DNA of 64,000 nucleotides from Chloroflexota bacterium (GTDB lineage: Bacteria; Chloroflexota; Dehalococcoidia; UBA2247; RBG-13-53-26): NCBI GenBank assembly GCA_003551705.1, contig PUNJ01000117.1:8041-72040 (forward strand), in the 5' to 3' direction. This document shows positions 10,965-21,162 of the stretch, piece by piece. Numbering within the stretch: the stretch's first letter is position 1; each line of letters begins with the position of its first letter. A program made the translations under genes and the position numbers. The notes under the pieces were generated by a model, which was not told where the DNA came from, searched no databases, and saw nothing but the letters and a program-made list of their open reading frames with translations.

Positions 10965-11816
10965 TCAGAAAGCTATGGTGTTGGCAAAAACAGTTATATC
11001 TATCAAGCCTGTAGCTATGATGAAGCTGCCATCATGTTTCAATTTAATGTCCGTGAAGCGATTGTTCTCCAGGTAGGCCTTTACCTCGTCTCCAGCCATT
11101 CCCGCCGAAGGGTTATCTTGAAACATGTATACGGCAGTGATTTCAAGTTTCCCCCCGTTGGCTGTGCGATATGACTTGCCATAGGCAACCAGGTCCCGAT
11201 ACTCTTCTTCCGGGTCCAGGCCGGCCTTCGTGATCTGAACCAGGACGCCGTGAGGCACCCTGTCGGTCACCGCTCGTATGTTCTGGTCTTCGAAATATGA
11301 CAGCGATTCTTCTTCATTCACGACCGAGATGCACGCTTGCAACAATGTGTTCCCGGCCATGAATATGATGCCTTCCTGAACGGTGATCCGCCGCATCTTC
11401 TGATCAGGCGGAGTCCAGATGCTTGTTCTATTGACGAGTTCTTTCTCGTACTTGCGAGCGCTCAGTCGACGCTCTACATCACCAACAGACACGTCGCCTT
11501 TAAGCACCCTTATGGAGGTGTCAGTTAAATTTGCATAGTAGGCAGTAGCGATATGGAACACGCTGGACCGTGCAATACCCAGGCCGGTAATCTGATTGGC
11601 TTCCGGACTGTCCATAAACTCCCCGTAGATGTCCCACAACTCTCTATCTTCCGCCATTCTGTCAATCGCCCAATAGCTGAAAGAGCGAGCCTCTATGGGC
11701 ACCTTCTGCATCAGGTCTACATATGGCTTACCCCCGCCGAAACAGCCAGGAAGGCCTGTCATAGTCAGTAGCAACGCCATAAATGTGACTAGAATACATC
11801 TGCCGCTAAATTTCAT
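10965..11816 (-). CDS. hypothetical secreted/lipoprotein
   Basis: Start at ATG 11814..11816 (MKFSGRCILVTFMALLLTMTGLPGC), preceded by GGAGGT 5 nt upstream; signal peptide with Cys at +25 (lipobox-like LPGC). No recognisable domain. Confidence 0.5.
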   Translation of the reverse strand: MKFSGRCILVTFMALLLTMTGLPGCFGGGKPYVDLMQKVPIEARSFSYWAIDRMAEDRELWDIYGEFMDSPEANQITGLGIARSSVFHIATAYYANLTDTSIRVLKGDVSVGDVERRLSARKYEKELVNRTSIWTPPDQKMRRITVQEGIIFMAGNTLLQACISVVNEEESLSYFEDQNIRAVTDRVPHGVLVQITKAGLDPEEEYRDLVAYGKSYRTANGGKLEITAVYMFQDNPSAGMAGDEVKAYLENNRFTDIKLKHDGSFIIATGLIDITVFANTIAF

Positions 11817-11935
11817 CCATACCTCCAACAATTCTTTTGGACGTGCGAAAACGGTCGAACAAGTAAGCTTTGGGGTAGTACAAGCAGTACCAACCCGCCC
11901 TGGAGCGAGTTAATCGGACCACAAAAGCCCATTTA

Positions 11936-13705
11936 CTACTTCACGGTAACGGATTTGGCCAAATTTCGAGGTCTATCGGGGTCGTTGCCCCGTGCTACTG
12001 CGGAATAATATGCGAGGAGTTGTAAGGGTACAACTGTTACCAGAGGATAGAAAATCTCTTCTGTGGCATGGATCTCGATCCATTCGTCGAACATGGCATG
12101 GTTTTCCTCGGATACTCCTATGACGAAGGCGCCCCTGGCCTTCGTCTCGGCTGCATTAGCCAGCGTTTCTTCGAAAGTATAGTCCTTGGGGCAGATAACT
12201 ACTACGGGAGTGCCTTTCTCAATCAGGGCCAGTGTGCCATGTTTGAGTTCACCGGCGGGCATACCCTCGGCGTGAATGTAGGAAATCTCCTTTAGCTTGA
12301 GAGCTCCCTCCGCAGCAATAGCAAAGTTTATGCCTCTCGCTATGTAGTAGCAGGAATTGTTATGCTTGGTCAAACCAGCAATTCTCTCCACTCGTAAGCC
12401 GTTTGTCTCAATCACTCCTTCGATCGTGTCACAGACATCGCGTACCTTCTGTATTCCTTCGTCCATCCTGTTGGCCATGGTGAAGGCCAGCAGATATAGT
12501 ATGGCCAGCTGGCTCATGAATGATTTCGTAGCAGCAACGCCGATTTCCGGTCCGCAATTCAGGTAGATTGATCTGTCACTCATCCTGGCGATTGAGGATC
12601 CAATCATGTTTATCATGGAGAAAATAGTAGCCCCATTCTCCCTGGCCTTCTTGACTCCCTGAATAACATCGGCGGTCTCACCGCTCTGCGAGATGGCTAT
12701 GACCAGGGTGTTCTTATCCACGGAGTCCGAGAAGTAGTGGAATTCCGAGCCCATTATCACATCACAGAACTTGCCCGCCAATCTGGAGAAAAGATATCTG
12801 CCCACGAGCGCAGCATATCTGGAAGTCCCGCATGCTGTAAACACCACCTGCTTGGCCCGCAGGATGTTCATGGCCATGTCCAGTATCAAGTCCTTGTCCT
12901 GTTCCAGAGCACAACGGATGGCATCGGGTGTCTCGGTGATTTCCTTCATCATGTAATAGTCGTATCCCTGCTTGGTTGGTTCGTCCCATCTCCAGTCAAT
13001 TGTCTTGAAAGCCCGGTCCACCGCTGCACCATCTTCATTCGTAAAAACTATGTCTTCATCCAGGACTACAATATCGCCATCTTCAACATAGGCCACATCA
13101 TGTGTATGTTCCATAAAAGCCAGGGCATCACTGGCGATGAACTTTCTGTTCCCATCCCGACCCACAACCAGCGGGCCATCCTTTCGGGTGGCTACCAGCC
13201 TGCCCGGTTCCCGAACAGATATGGCTGCTATTGAGTAGGTACCTCTTATCCGCCTGACCACCTTGCGCATGGCCGCCTCCAAAGAGAGACCCTCCTCCAC
13301 GTATTCCTCAAGGAGGTGTGCCACAATTTCTGTATCGGTCTGCGATTTAAAACAGTGCTCGCTCCGGAGTTCAGCCCGCAGTTCTTCATAGTTGTCGATG
13401 ATGCCATTATGGACCACCGCAATCTCTTGCTTGCAATCGCAATGTGGGTGAGCATTTTCCATGGTTACACCACCATGGGTTGCCCACCGGACATGACCAA
13501 TGCCGGTATTGCCCACCAGCCCTATCAGGTTATGATTGGTGCAAACCTCGTCGAGTTTCCCAACGTCCTTACCGCAGTTTAGCTGTCCGTTGCAAATCGT
13601 CGCTATACCTGCTGAATCGTAGCCCCGGTATTCGAGACATTTCAGACCCCTCAGCAAGACAGGGGCGGCAGGCTCGTCACTGGTAAAACCAACAATGCCG
13701 CACAT
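11936..13705 (-). CDS. glmS: glutamine--fructose-6-phosphate aminotransferase (isomerising)
   Basis: 589 aa; N-terminal MCGIVG (Ntn Cys), two SIS domains, C-terminal KSVTVK (archaeal-type ending). Confidence 0.9.
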   Translation of the reverse strand: MCGIVGFTSDEPAAPVLLRGLKCLEYRGYDSAGIATICNGQLNCGKDVGKLDEVCTNHNLIGLVGNTGIGHVRWATHGGVTMENAHPHCDCKQEIAVVHNGIIDNYEELRAELRSEHCFKSQTDTEIVAHLLEEYVEEGLSLEAAMRKVVRRIRGTYSIAAISVREPGRLVATRKDGPLVVGRDGNRKFIASDALAFMEHTHDVAYVEDGDIVVLDEDIVFTNEDGAAVDRAFKTIDWRWDEPTKQGYDYYMMKEITETPDAIRCALEQDKDLILDMAMNILRAKQVVFTACGTSRYAALVGRYLFSRLAGKFCDVIMGSEFHYFSDSVDKNTLVIAISQSGETADVIQGVKKARENGATIFSMINMIGSSIARMSDRSIYLNCGPEIGVAATKSFMSQLAILYLLAFTMANRMDEGIQKVRDVCDTIEGVIETNGLRVERIAGLTKHNNSCYYIARGINFAIAAEGALKLKEISYIHAEGMPAGELKHGTLALIEKGTPVVVICPKDYTFEETLANAAETKARGAFVIGVSEENHAMFDEWIEIHATEEIFYPLVTVVPLQLLAYYSAVARGNDPDRPRNLAKSVTVK

Positions 13706-15024
13706 TAGAAGTCTCCCAGCCTTTTCAGCAACTCTTCCTTCTTGTCGTCCTGCATGCTTGTTCTGCTCATGGTCCTGTACCGGAATTCAGGCAGGACAAT
13801 CTTATTGCTTTCAAGGTCGTTCGTCAAGCAAGTGTGAGGCCCTACATGAGAATTGGCGCCTATCCTTATACCAGGCAGGATGCTGACATTCACCCCGGTC
13901 TTCGAATTCTCACCAAACATGGCTCCAAGCTTGTCAAGACCCGTGTCCACTGCAGAGCCGTCCATTCTTACCATGATGTTCTTCTCGTCGAAACGAAAGT
14001 TAGCCAGCACGGTACCTGCACCGAACGAGCAGCCGTCAGCAATCACGGAATCACCCACATATGTTGAATGGAACCAGCACCTGTCACCCACATAGGAACC
14101 CTTTATCTCGGTGCAGTAGCCGACCACACAGTCCGCTCCCACGTGACTATAGCCGCGCACCAGTACGTTATTACCTATGATCGTGTTTGCACCGATGTAC
14201 ACCGGGCCCCTGACTACCGCGTTCTCCAAGATACGGACGTTGTCTTCGATAATGACTTTCCCCTCTACGGTGGCATTGCTGGCTATCCGGGCCTTGGGCG
14301 AGATGTAGCCTTCGGCAGCATCAAGGAAGTGATTAATCACGGGAAATATGTGCCAGGGATACTTTATCGCTGACCAATAACCGTTATAGGGGACCACCTT
14401 GATCGTTTTGCCGTCTCGTATCAGGCTGTCAAGGGTGCACTCGTACACATCATCCCTGTCGCTGCTAGTGTTCCGCAGTCCTTCCAGTATGCTCCTGGCA
14501 CTTGTATGGAAGTGGACAAGGATATTCACCATGTCGCTGGGCTCATTGCCCTCGCCAGGTTTTTCAACAATGCTCTGTAAGTCATTGTTCCCATCCGGGA
14601 CCAGATAGCCACCTGGAAAGTACCGGTCCACTTTATACCCCAGCAAATAGGATAGAGCCGGTTGAGCACTCCTGGCTTGCAGAAGACCGGTATACGCAGA
14701 ATAGTCGAAGACATCATTGGGATTTACCACGAGGACTTCGCCATCAAGCAGATGTTGCGCCTGGGCCAGAGCGTCGGCAATTCCTAACGCCTGTTCCTGT
14801 ACCGCAAACTCGGCAGAAATGCCAGGTACCTGGTGGAGTATCGACTTGATTCGGTCAATGTTATGGGGATTGCCCACTATGACCATTTGATTGAGGCCTG
14901 CTTGCATGGCCCTGTTCACCTGGTGTTCAAGAAGAGTCTTCCCAGTAAACTTCAGTAGTAGCTTATCTTCGGTTAGGGGAAACATTCGCTTCCCCACACC
15001 ACCACATAGGAATAGCAGCTTCAT
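13705..15024 (-). CDS. sugar-1-phosphate nucleotidyltransferase with C-terminal left-handed beta-helix acetyltransferase domain; probable GlmU-type bifunctional UDP-GlcNAc pyrophosphorylase / GlcN-1-P acetyltransferase
   Basis: 439 aa; LCGGVGKRM nucleotide-binding loop at the N-terminus, hexapeptide repeats in the C-terminal half; sits between glmM and glmS. Confidence 0.6.
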   Translation of the reverse strand: MKLLFLCGGVGKRMFPLTEDKLLLKFTGKTLLEHQVNRAMQAGLNQMVIVGNPHNIDRIKSILHQVPGISAEFAVQEQALGIADALAQAQHLLDGEVLVVNPNDVFDYSAYTGLLQARSAQPALSYLLGYKVDRYFPGGYLVPDGNNDLQSIVEKPGEGNEPSDMVNILVHFHTSARSILEGLRNTSSDRDDVYECTLDSLIRDGKTIKVVPYNGYWSAIKYPWHIFPVINHFLDAAEGYISPKARIASNATVEGKVIIEDNVRILENAVVRGPVYIGANTIIGNNVLVRGYSHVGADCVVGYCTEIKGSYVGDRCWFHSTYVGDSVIADGCSFGAGTVLANFRFDEKNIMVRMDGSAVDTGLDKLGAMFGENSKTGVNVSILPGIRIGANSHVGPHTCLTNDLESNKIVLPEFRYRTMSRTSMQDDKKEELLKRLGDF

Positions 15025-15112
15025 AGCTACTCCCTCCAGATCATTTGTCCTGCATTCTCATGACTGCCCATGGGTGGGGCTATCTATTTCAAAACTTGCA
15101 GAGTTGCCCTCA

Positions 15113-16474
15113 TTATAGCAAGTCGATGTCTTTACCAACAATAGCCCTTACCATGTCAGAGCCCCGTTCCAGCAAATCGTAAGCTTTTTTTGACGAAGTC
15201 GACTCCGCCATAACCCTTATCACGGGCTCTGTCCCGCTGGCCCTGATGAGCATCCATGAGTCACCGAACTCAAGCCTGACTCCGTCCAGAGTATTTACCT
15301 CAGCCGCCCCAAACTCGGCAGCTCGTTGCTGTACCTTGGCCATTACAGCCTTCTTGGTGTTGCCGGTACATGGAATCTTCACCTGCTCAAAGAACAACTC
15401 TGGTATTAGCTTGAAGAATTCTCTGACCTGAGAGGGACTGCCAATATGGTTTATCAGCACCAAGGCTGCATATATGCTTTCAGGATAATAACCTACCTCG
15501 GGTATTATATACACCCCCACCTGCTCCGTACCGACAGGCGCCTCTATTTCCTTAGCAAGTTGGGCTACGTGGACATCCCCCACCTTGCCCCTGACAACGA
15601 TTACTCCCATATCCTGAACAGCTAGGTCCAGCAGCTTGCCTGACTCAACCGTCGAGGCTATTCTTGTCTTGCCGCTGGCGCCTACAACCAATCGTGAGAT
15701 GAAGGCGGTGGGTTCATTGAATCCCCAAAAGCCTTCCTTGTCACAGAAGACAACTCGGTCGGCATCTCCGTCAAAACATACAGCAAGCTCGGCATCCGTT
15801 TCTCTGAGATAGTCGACGGTCCCCTGTAAACTGTCCCTATTCGGTTCAGGGTTTCTGCCCGGAAACCGGCCGTCCGGGATATCGTTCAGGCCGATAACCT
15901 GAAGCCCCAATCGGGTAAAGATTTCAGTCACAAAACCGGAAGCGGCCCCATTTCCTGCGTCAACGAGGACCTTGCAAGCGCTACTTGCATGGCCTGCAAA
16001 GAGGCTCCTGCGCAGGAAATCGAGATAAGCCTCCCGCATTCCCTCTGCTTGTTGCAAGCTACCCGCAGAACGCTTCCGGTATGCCTTTTCATGATAGATG
16101 CGTTCAATCTCGTGTTCCTGCACCTGTCCATACCCCATCGTATCTGAGTTGAAAAGCTTGATGCCGTTATATTCCGGAGGATTGTGGGACGCCGTAACCA
16201 TAATGCCGGCATCGAAACGCCATTCCCTGGTCAGGCAAGCAAGGGCCGGTGTAGGCAATATGCCAAGGTCGACGACATCTATTCCCGATTCAAGCAGGCC
16301 CGTGAATATGGCCTCCTTGACTGCTTCGCGGGAGGTCCTGGTATCCGTGGCCAGGCATACTCTGGCCTGCTCCGGCAGGGTAGCTGCCAAAGACAGGGCG
16401 ACTTCTTCGCATAGTTCGAGGCTGAGATCCTGGCCTACTATACCTCTCACCCCGCTTGTGCCAAATAAGGGCAT
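15113..16474 (-). CDS. glmM: phosphoglucosamine mutase, archaeal-type PGM/PMM family
   Basis: 453 aa; MPLFGTSGVRG, active-site GIMVTASHNPPEYNGIK, DGDADR Mg loop; first gene of the glmM / glmU-like / glmS operon. Confidence 0.65.
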   Translation of the reverse strand: MPLFGTSGVRGIVGQDLSLELCEEVALSLAATLPEQARVCLATDTRTSREAVKEAIFTGLLESGIDVVDLGILPTPALACLTREWRFDAGIMVTASHNPPEYNGIKLFNSDTMGYGQVQEHEIERIYHEKAYRKRSAGSLQQAEGMREAYLDFLRRSLFAGHASSACKVLVDAGNGAASGFVTEIFTRLGLQVIGLNDIPDGRFPGRNPEPNRDSLQGTVDYLRETDAELAVCFDGDADRVVFCDKEGFWGFNEPTAFISRLVVGASGKTRIASTVESGKLLDLAVQDMGVIVVRGKVGDVHVAQLAKEIEAPVGTEQVGVYIIPEVGYYPESIYAALVLINHIGSPSQVREFFKLIPELFFEQVKIPCTGNTKKAVMAKVQQRAAEFGAAEVNTLDGVRLEFGDSWMLIRASGTEPVIRVMAESTSSKKAYDLLERGSDMVRAIVGKDIDLL

Positions 16475-16542
16475 TATATCTCCCTTCCTTCACCCAAAAA
16501 TCGAAAAGGGTAACGAAGTCAGGACCAAGGCCAGCTAAACCT

Positions 16543-17094
16543 TCAGACAGACCTGTATCTAGCTTTCCCATTCTGGTACAGGTCGCCTCCATGAACGTCA
16601 TTGATCACTATCGCAGGAAAGTCTTCAACTTCCAACCTCAATACTGCTTCTGCACCCAGTTCCTCGAAGGCGATGATTTCGGACTTCTTGACTGTCTTCG
16701 ATATCAGGGCTCCAGCACCGCCGATGGCGGCAAAGTAGACGGCTCCATATTTCTTTATAGCTTCCTTGACGACTGCTGAACGCATGCCCTTGCCAATCAT
16801 ACCCTTCAACCCAGCTGCCATCAACCTTGGAGCGTAGCTGTCCATGCGCCCGCTGGTGGTAGGCCCCGCTGATCCGATTACCTGACCAGGTCGAGCAGGA
16901 GACGGGCCCATATAATACACCGTCTGGCCCTCAAGCTCGAATGGCAGCTGTGTTCCCTGCTCCATGGCCTCGACGATCCTCTTGTGCGCAGTATCACGAG
17001 CCACGTACATGACCCCATTCAACAGCACGTTATCGCCGGCGCTGAGGCTGGCAACGGTTTCGTCAGTTAACGGCAAGGATATATATCTTGGCAT
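16543..17094 (-). CDS. class I fumarate hydratase / Fe-S hydro-lyase, beta subunit
   Basis: 183 aa; matches the C-terminal (beta) domain of class I fumarase / tartrate dehydratase; no alpha subunit in the window. Confidence 0.7.
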   Translation of the reverse strand: MPRYISLPLTDETVASLSAGDNVLLNGVMYVARDTAHKRIVEAMEQGTQLPFELEGQTVYYMGPSPARPGQVIGSAGPTTSGRMDSYAPRLMAAGLKGMIGKGMRSAVVKEAIKKYGAVYFAAIGGAGALISKTVKKSEIIAFEELGAEAVLRLEVEDFPAIVINDVHGGDLYQNGKARYRSV

Positions 17095-17101
17095 TGTTGT
17101 C

Positions 17102-18268
17102 CTACACTTTCAGACCTTTTAGGATGTCCCTGGCAACTATGGACCTTTGCAGTTGCAGCGCAAGCTCAGTAGCGCTTGTTGAGACGGCATGGCCGCACAG
17201 TCTCTCCATGGGCAGTCCCGAAACAAAGGGCGGTCCATTAAATATGTGGGTCGTGCAGTCGGCTACCCTTCTTATCATATCGCTGGCAAACACCTTCACC
17301 ATAGCAGCCTCCCGCTTGATCGGCCTCTCTTCATCCGCCTTCCACGCTGCCTCATGGACCATAAGCCTGCAGGCATGGATGCCGATCGCAATATCGGCCA
17401 AGGCAGCCTCGACGTTCGTGCGTTTCGAAAGCACCTGGCCAAAGGCTTGCCAGCTTTGCGCCTGGGCTGAACACTCCTCCATCAATCGCTGAGCTACACC
17501 TACACTCCTGGCCGCCCTCACAACACGGCGGGACGGTAACCAGTGTTTGCCAAGATCGAAGGCCTTGCCCTCCTCTCCCAGCAGGCTTTCTACGGGCACA
17601 CGGCAGTCATCAAATTCGATTTTGACCGGAGCCATGATCGTACTCTGCCAGCCATTCCTTCGCCTATCATCCTTGACCTCCATAGCCCGCGTACCCTTGT
17701 CTACAAGGAAACACGATACGCCCTTTTCACCTGTGCGCGCAAGGACAACAACAAAGTAGTCACCTTCCGGATCAACTCGGGAAAAGGACAGCTTGCTACC
17801 TCTGATCAGGTATTCCTGCCCATCCCTGGCGGCCGTAACCTGCATGCTCTCTAGGCCGGCGCTGTTTTCGGATTCTAGAAAGGCGAGATAGGCCTGCTTC
17901 CGCCGGTCCAGCAACGGCGCAACATACCTCTCTTTCTGGTCCGGACTGGCTTCAAAAAGCACCGGACTCATATCGCCAAGCCGGAAGGGAATCACGGTCT
18001 GGCTCAACTCTTCCTCGACAAGGCAATTTCCCAGGACGCCAAGACCGGCACCCCCCATCTCTTCGGGCACATTTATGCCCCACAATCCTATCTCCATGGC
18101 CATGTTCGCCAGTTTGTCGTCCAATTCGAGCGACAGCGCGCATGTTGCATCGCTCAAGTCCGCAGCCCGTCCCAGCAGATCCCTCTCCAGGGGTTTCAAC
18201 TGGTCATTTACAAAGTCCTTTACCAGACTTTGCACCATCTTCAAGTCCTCAGAAATGTTGAAGTCCAC
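17102..18268 (-). CDS. acyl-CoA dehydrogenase family protein
   Basis: 388 aa; three-domain ACAD pattern. Confidence 0.7.
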   Translation of the reverse strand: MDFNISEDLKMVQSLVKDFVNDQLKPLERDLLGRAADLSDATCALSLELDDKLANMAMEIGLWGINVPEEMGGAGLGVLGNCLVEEELSQTVIPFRLGDMSPVLFEASPDQKERYVAPLLDRRKQAYLAFLESENSAGLESMQVTAARDGQEYLIRGSKLSFSRVDPEGDYFVVVLARTGEKGVSCFLVDKGTRAMEVKDDRRRNGWQSTIMAPVKIEFDDCRVPVESLLGEEGKAFDLGKHWLPSRRVVRAARSVGVAQRLMEECSAQAQSWQAFGQVLSKRTNVEAALADIAIGIHACRLMVHEAAWKADEERPIKREAAMVKVFASDMIRRVADCTTHIFNGPPFVSGLPMERLCGHAVSTSATELALQLQRSIVARDILKGLKV

Positions 18269-18281
18269 AGAAACGCCCCTG

Positions 18282-18731
18282 CTAGCCTGAAATGGCTTCT
18301 TCTACGAACAGGTCCAGGTCCATGTCGTCCTCATCGCCGATCCTTTGTGCCAGCCTGGACATGATCTCGACCAGCCGGTGATTAACAATATAATGCTTTA
18401 TGGTCGTGTCTACTTGCGGACATGACAGGACACACGCACAGCACTGGTCGCAGTCTTCTCCAACTGTGCTTTCCAGTGCCATCGAAGTACGTTGTTCCGT
18501 TTTGTCGCGCCTGTAGGGTTCCCGGAAAAGGAAAGGACAGGCATCGACGCAGTTACCGCATCCAAGACATTCCTTGTGCCCGGTTATGTCCTCACAGATG
18601 TTAAGAGCGTGGGCGGGGCCGAAGCCGCTGGATAGAAGTCTGCACCTGCCTACCGGAGGCGATTTGGTGTTCAGTATCTGATTTAGGATCGACTCAATCT
18701 CAGTTACGTTAACCTGTATGCGCTGTGGCAT
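18282..18731 (-). CDS. 4Fe-4S dicluster ferredoxin-domain protein
   Basis: 149 aa; CLGCGNCVDACP and CDQCCACVLSCP motifs. Confidence 0.6.
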   Translation of the reverse strand: MPQRIQVNVTEIESILNQILNTKSPPVGRCRLLSSGFGPAHALNICEDITGHKECLGCGNCVDACPFLFREPYRRDKTEQRTSMALESTVGEDCDQCCACVLSCPQVDTTIKHYIVNHRLVEIMSRLAQRIGDEDDMDLDLFVEEAISG

Positions 18732-18754
18732 CTAAGCACCCTCATCTGGAAAAT

Positions 18755-20416
18755 TCAGGCAGTCCTTATTCTGGCCGGCGGGAGGAGATCACGGCTGTTG
18801 TCCGGCATATAGTCCGGCCCCTTGCGGGCGTAGTCCGGGAGCAGCAAGGGAGACGCGGGCCGTGAATGATTCAGGTCGGCCTCCTCCAGAGCTTCCTGCC
18901 ACTTCCTTACATGCTCAAGACTCATTTTGCCCGGTGTTACCTCCCGGCTCCATCGAGCAGCCGCCTTGCCCGTCCTGCGACCGAATACAAAGATATCCAG
19001 GGTCGAATTTCCGATAAGCCGGTTCCTTCCATGCACGCCGCCCATGCATTCTCCCGCCGCAAACAGGCCGGGTACGGTAGTAGCACCGTCTGCATCGATC
19101 TTTATTCCACCATTCTGATAGTGCAACGTGGGATAGACCAGCATCGGTTCCTTGGAGATGTTGATGCCATAGTTGGCGAACTGCCGCACCATGGCAGGAA
19201 GCTCCCTGGCTACCGTGCCCTCACCTCGTATCACGTCGATCATTGGCGAATCGAGCCAGACACCCACCTCTCCAGTAGCAGTGCGGATGCCCTTATCCCG
19301 GTCCTTGCATTCACGGATGATGGCCGCCGCCACCACATCCCTGGGCTCCAGGGGCATGATGAACTGCGACCCATCGCTGTTGACCAGTTGAGCGCCCAGC
19401 GTACGGACCTTCTCGGTGACCAACTGGCCCAGTATCTGCACTGGATAGGCGGCCCCAGTAGGATGGTACTGCATGGTATCGATATAAAGCATCTCGGCCC
19501 CAGCCCGGTAAGCCAGCACCAGCCCATCAGCCGTCGCCCCATAATGATTGGTGGTGGGAAATCCCTGGATGTGTAAACGGCCCATACCGCCAGTGGCCAG
19601 AATTACGGCTTTTGCTTTAACGACGGCGATATCGTTCGTCTCCAGGTTCAGCAGGAGGGCACCCGCCACCTGACCGCGATCATCCAGTATCAGTTCTATG
19701 GCCGGAGAAAACTCGATATGGGCAATTTGCCGGTTGCGGAGTTCGTCTCTCAGGACCCGCATTTCTTCGAGCCCCGTGTAGTCCCTGGCTGAGTGGAGTC
19801 TCAACCTGGAGGCTCCGCCGCCGGAGAGTTCGTGCATACTGCCATCGGGGTTCTTGTCCCAGTTGACGCCCAGCTTCTCCAGCCACTTGATGACGGAGGG
19901 GGCATCTTTGACCAGGGCCTCAACCAGTTCGGGTATGTTAGCGTAGTGCCCGCCGCCCATGGTGTCGATATAATGGGTGACCGGCGAGTCCTCGGGACGG
20001 TCGGCCGCCTGAGTGCCTGCCTGAGCCCCGACGGTATTCGCGTCCCCAAGCCGTAACTTAGTCGCCAGGAGCACCTTAGCCCCGTTTTCCTCGGCCAGCA
20101 AGGCTGCGGAAACCCCTGCCCCGCCTCCGCCTATGATCAGCACGTCGACATCGTAGTCCACTTTGCCCAAATCTATACGCGCCGGGTTTATGCGGCTGTT
20201 ACCTTCGAGCACGTCAGCCATCTCATGCGGGGTAGGTATTCCCTTGTTGGCGCCCACTGCCAGGTCGCGCATGCCTTCAGCTATGAAATCGGGATGGCAG
20301 GCTTCCAGCAACGGCTTCTTCTCATCGTCACTTAGTCGCCGCAGGGTCTCGTTCAGTCGCTGGGACCTGGACGCTTCAAGCCTCTTTATGCTTTCTTCCA
20401 TGTACGCAGGATACAT
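18755..20416 (-). CDS. succinate dehydrogenase / fumarate reductase family flavoprotein subunit (FrdA/SdhA/TfrA-like) with about 85-aa N-terminal extension
   Basis: 553 aa; DVDVLIIGGGGAGVSAALLAEENGAKVLL dinucleotide fold, HYQNGGI motif, SDH/FRD capping and C-terminal domains. Confidence 0.75.
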   Translation of the reverse strand: MYPAYMEESIKRLEASRSQRLNETLRRLSDDEKKPLLEACHPDFIAEGMRDLAVGANKGIPTPHEMADVLEGNSRINPARIDLGKVDYDVDVLIIGGGGAGVSAALLAEENGAKVLLATKLRLGDANTVGAQAGTQAADRPEDSPVTHYIDTMGGGHYANIPELVEALVKDAPSVIKWLEKLGVNWDKNPDGSMHELSGGGASRLRLHSARDYTGLEEMRVLRDELRNRQIAHIEFSPAIELILDDRGQVAGALLLNLETNDIAVVKAKAVILATGGMGRLHIQGFPTTNHYGATADGLVLAYRAGAEMLYIDTMQYHPTGAAYPVQILGQLVTEKVRTLGAQLVNSDGSQFIMPLEPRDVVAAAIIRECKDRDKGIRTATGEVGVWLDSPMIDVIRGEGTVARELPAMVRQFANYGINISKEPMLVYPTLHYQNGGIKIDADGATTVPGLFAAGECMGGVHGRNRLIGNSTLDIFVFGRRTGKAAARWSREVTPGKMSLEHVRKWQEALEEADLNHSRPASPLLLPDYARKGPDYMPDNSRDLLPPARIRTA

Positions 20417-20435
20417 CAGACCTCCAGTCCTGCTG

Positions 20436-21125
20436 CTAGTAGGCGGGCTCTATATCCCGTTGAGCATATAGCCGTCTCAACTCAGCACCGTCCATGGTGC
20501 GGAGCTTCTCCAGTTCCGCATCGTAGCGGCCTGCTTCTATCTCAGCTATTCTGTCGTCCAAGTGCTGGGAATTAGGTGCCAGGAACCGCCCATACAGGCG
20601 GCGGCAGAGCAAAGCGATGTTATAGTGCGCCAGGCCTTGGGGACACCTCGCAGCACAGAGGCCGCACATGACGCAATCGAAGGACTTGTTGGCCACCTCC
20701 ATGATGTCGCCCCGAAGGGCGTCCGACATGTACCACATGACCTCCATTTCCTGGGGGCATGTCTTGGTACAGTTATTGCAGCCAAAGCACTTGATCAAAT
20801 CCGGGTACAAGGCCAACACCTGCTCACCCTCCGGGTGAAGCTTCTCAAGATCATATATGGCTTTCCTGGCCGGGAAGAAAGGAATCTGGACCAGGTACAT
20901 ATCGGGCTCCACGGTCTTTTGACAGGCAAGGGCATACTTCAACTGTGGATCGTCTTTCAGGTTGTAGATCGTTGCACAAGCACCGCAAAATCCCGCCCGG
21001 CAGCCACAGCCGCGTGTGATCCGGTAGCCACAGTATTCCATCGCTGTCAGGATGGTCAAACCTTCGGGCACTTTGTACTGCTTGCCCATGACATGAATGT
21101 CTATCATCCCATTCTGGTCAGTCAT
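20436..21125 (-). CDS. SDH/FRD iron-sulfur subunit-like protein (2Fe-2S plus two 4Fe-4S)
   Basis: 229 aa; CGCRAGFCGAC (C-x4-C-x2-C) 2Fe-2S motif, CFGCNNCTKTCP and CVMCGLCAARCP. Confidence 0.75.
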   Translation of the reverse strand: MTDQNGMIDIHVMGKQYKVPEGLTILTAMEYCGYRITRGCGCRAGFCGACATIYNLKDDPQLKYALACQKTVEPDMYLVQIPFFPARKAIYDLEKLHPEGEQVLALYPDLIKCFGCNNCTKTCPQEMEVMWYMSDALRGDIMEVANKSFDCVMCGLCAARCPQGLAHYNIALLCRRLYGRFLAPNSQHLDDRIAEIEAGRYDAELEKLRTMDGAELRRLYAQRDIEPAY

Positions 21126-21162
21126 CGATAAACTTCACCCCGCTTCAGGTTCTAGCCAGAGA

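Noticed and set aside
15025-16542. glmS ribozyme
   Set aside because: glmS is translationally coupled to the upstream glmU-like gene, and only 68 nt precede glmM. There is no room for the ~150-nt ribozyme, and no matching sequence was seen.
18866-19576. Long antisense ORFs inside real genes (e.g. 3564..4112, 18866..19576, 23549..24460, 24769..25614, 35085..35714, 36670..37449, 38737..39531, 61341..61994)
   Set aside because: Each is fully embedded opposite a gene with strong family-level sequence identity (treS, frdA-like, sucD/sucC, COG2122, the cysteine desulfurase, nadA, the membrane protein). Their translations are low-complexity Arg/Pro/Ser-rich, typical of GC-rich antisense frames.
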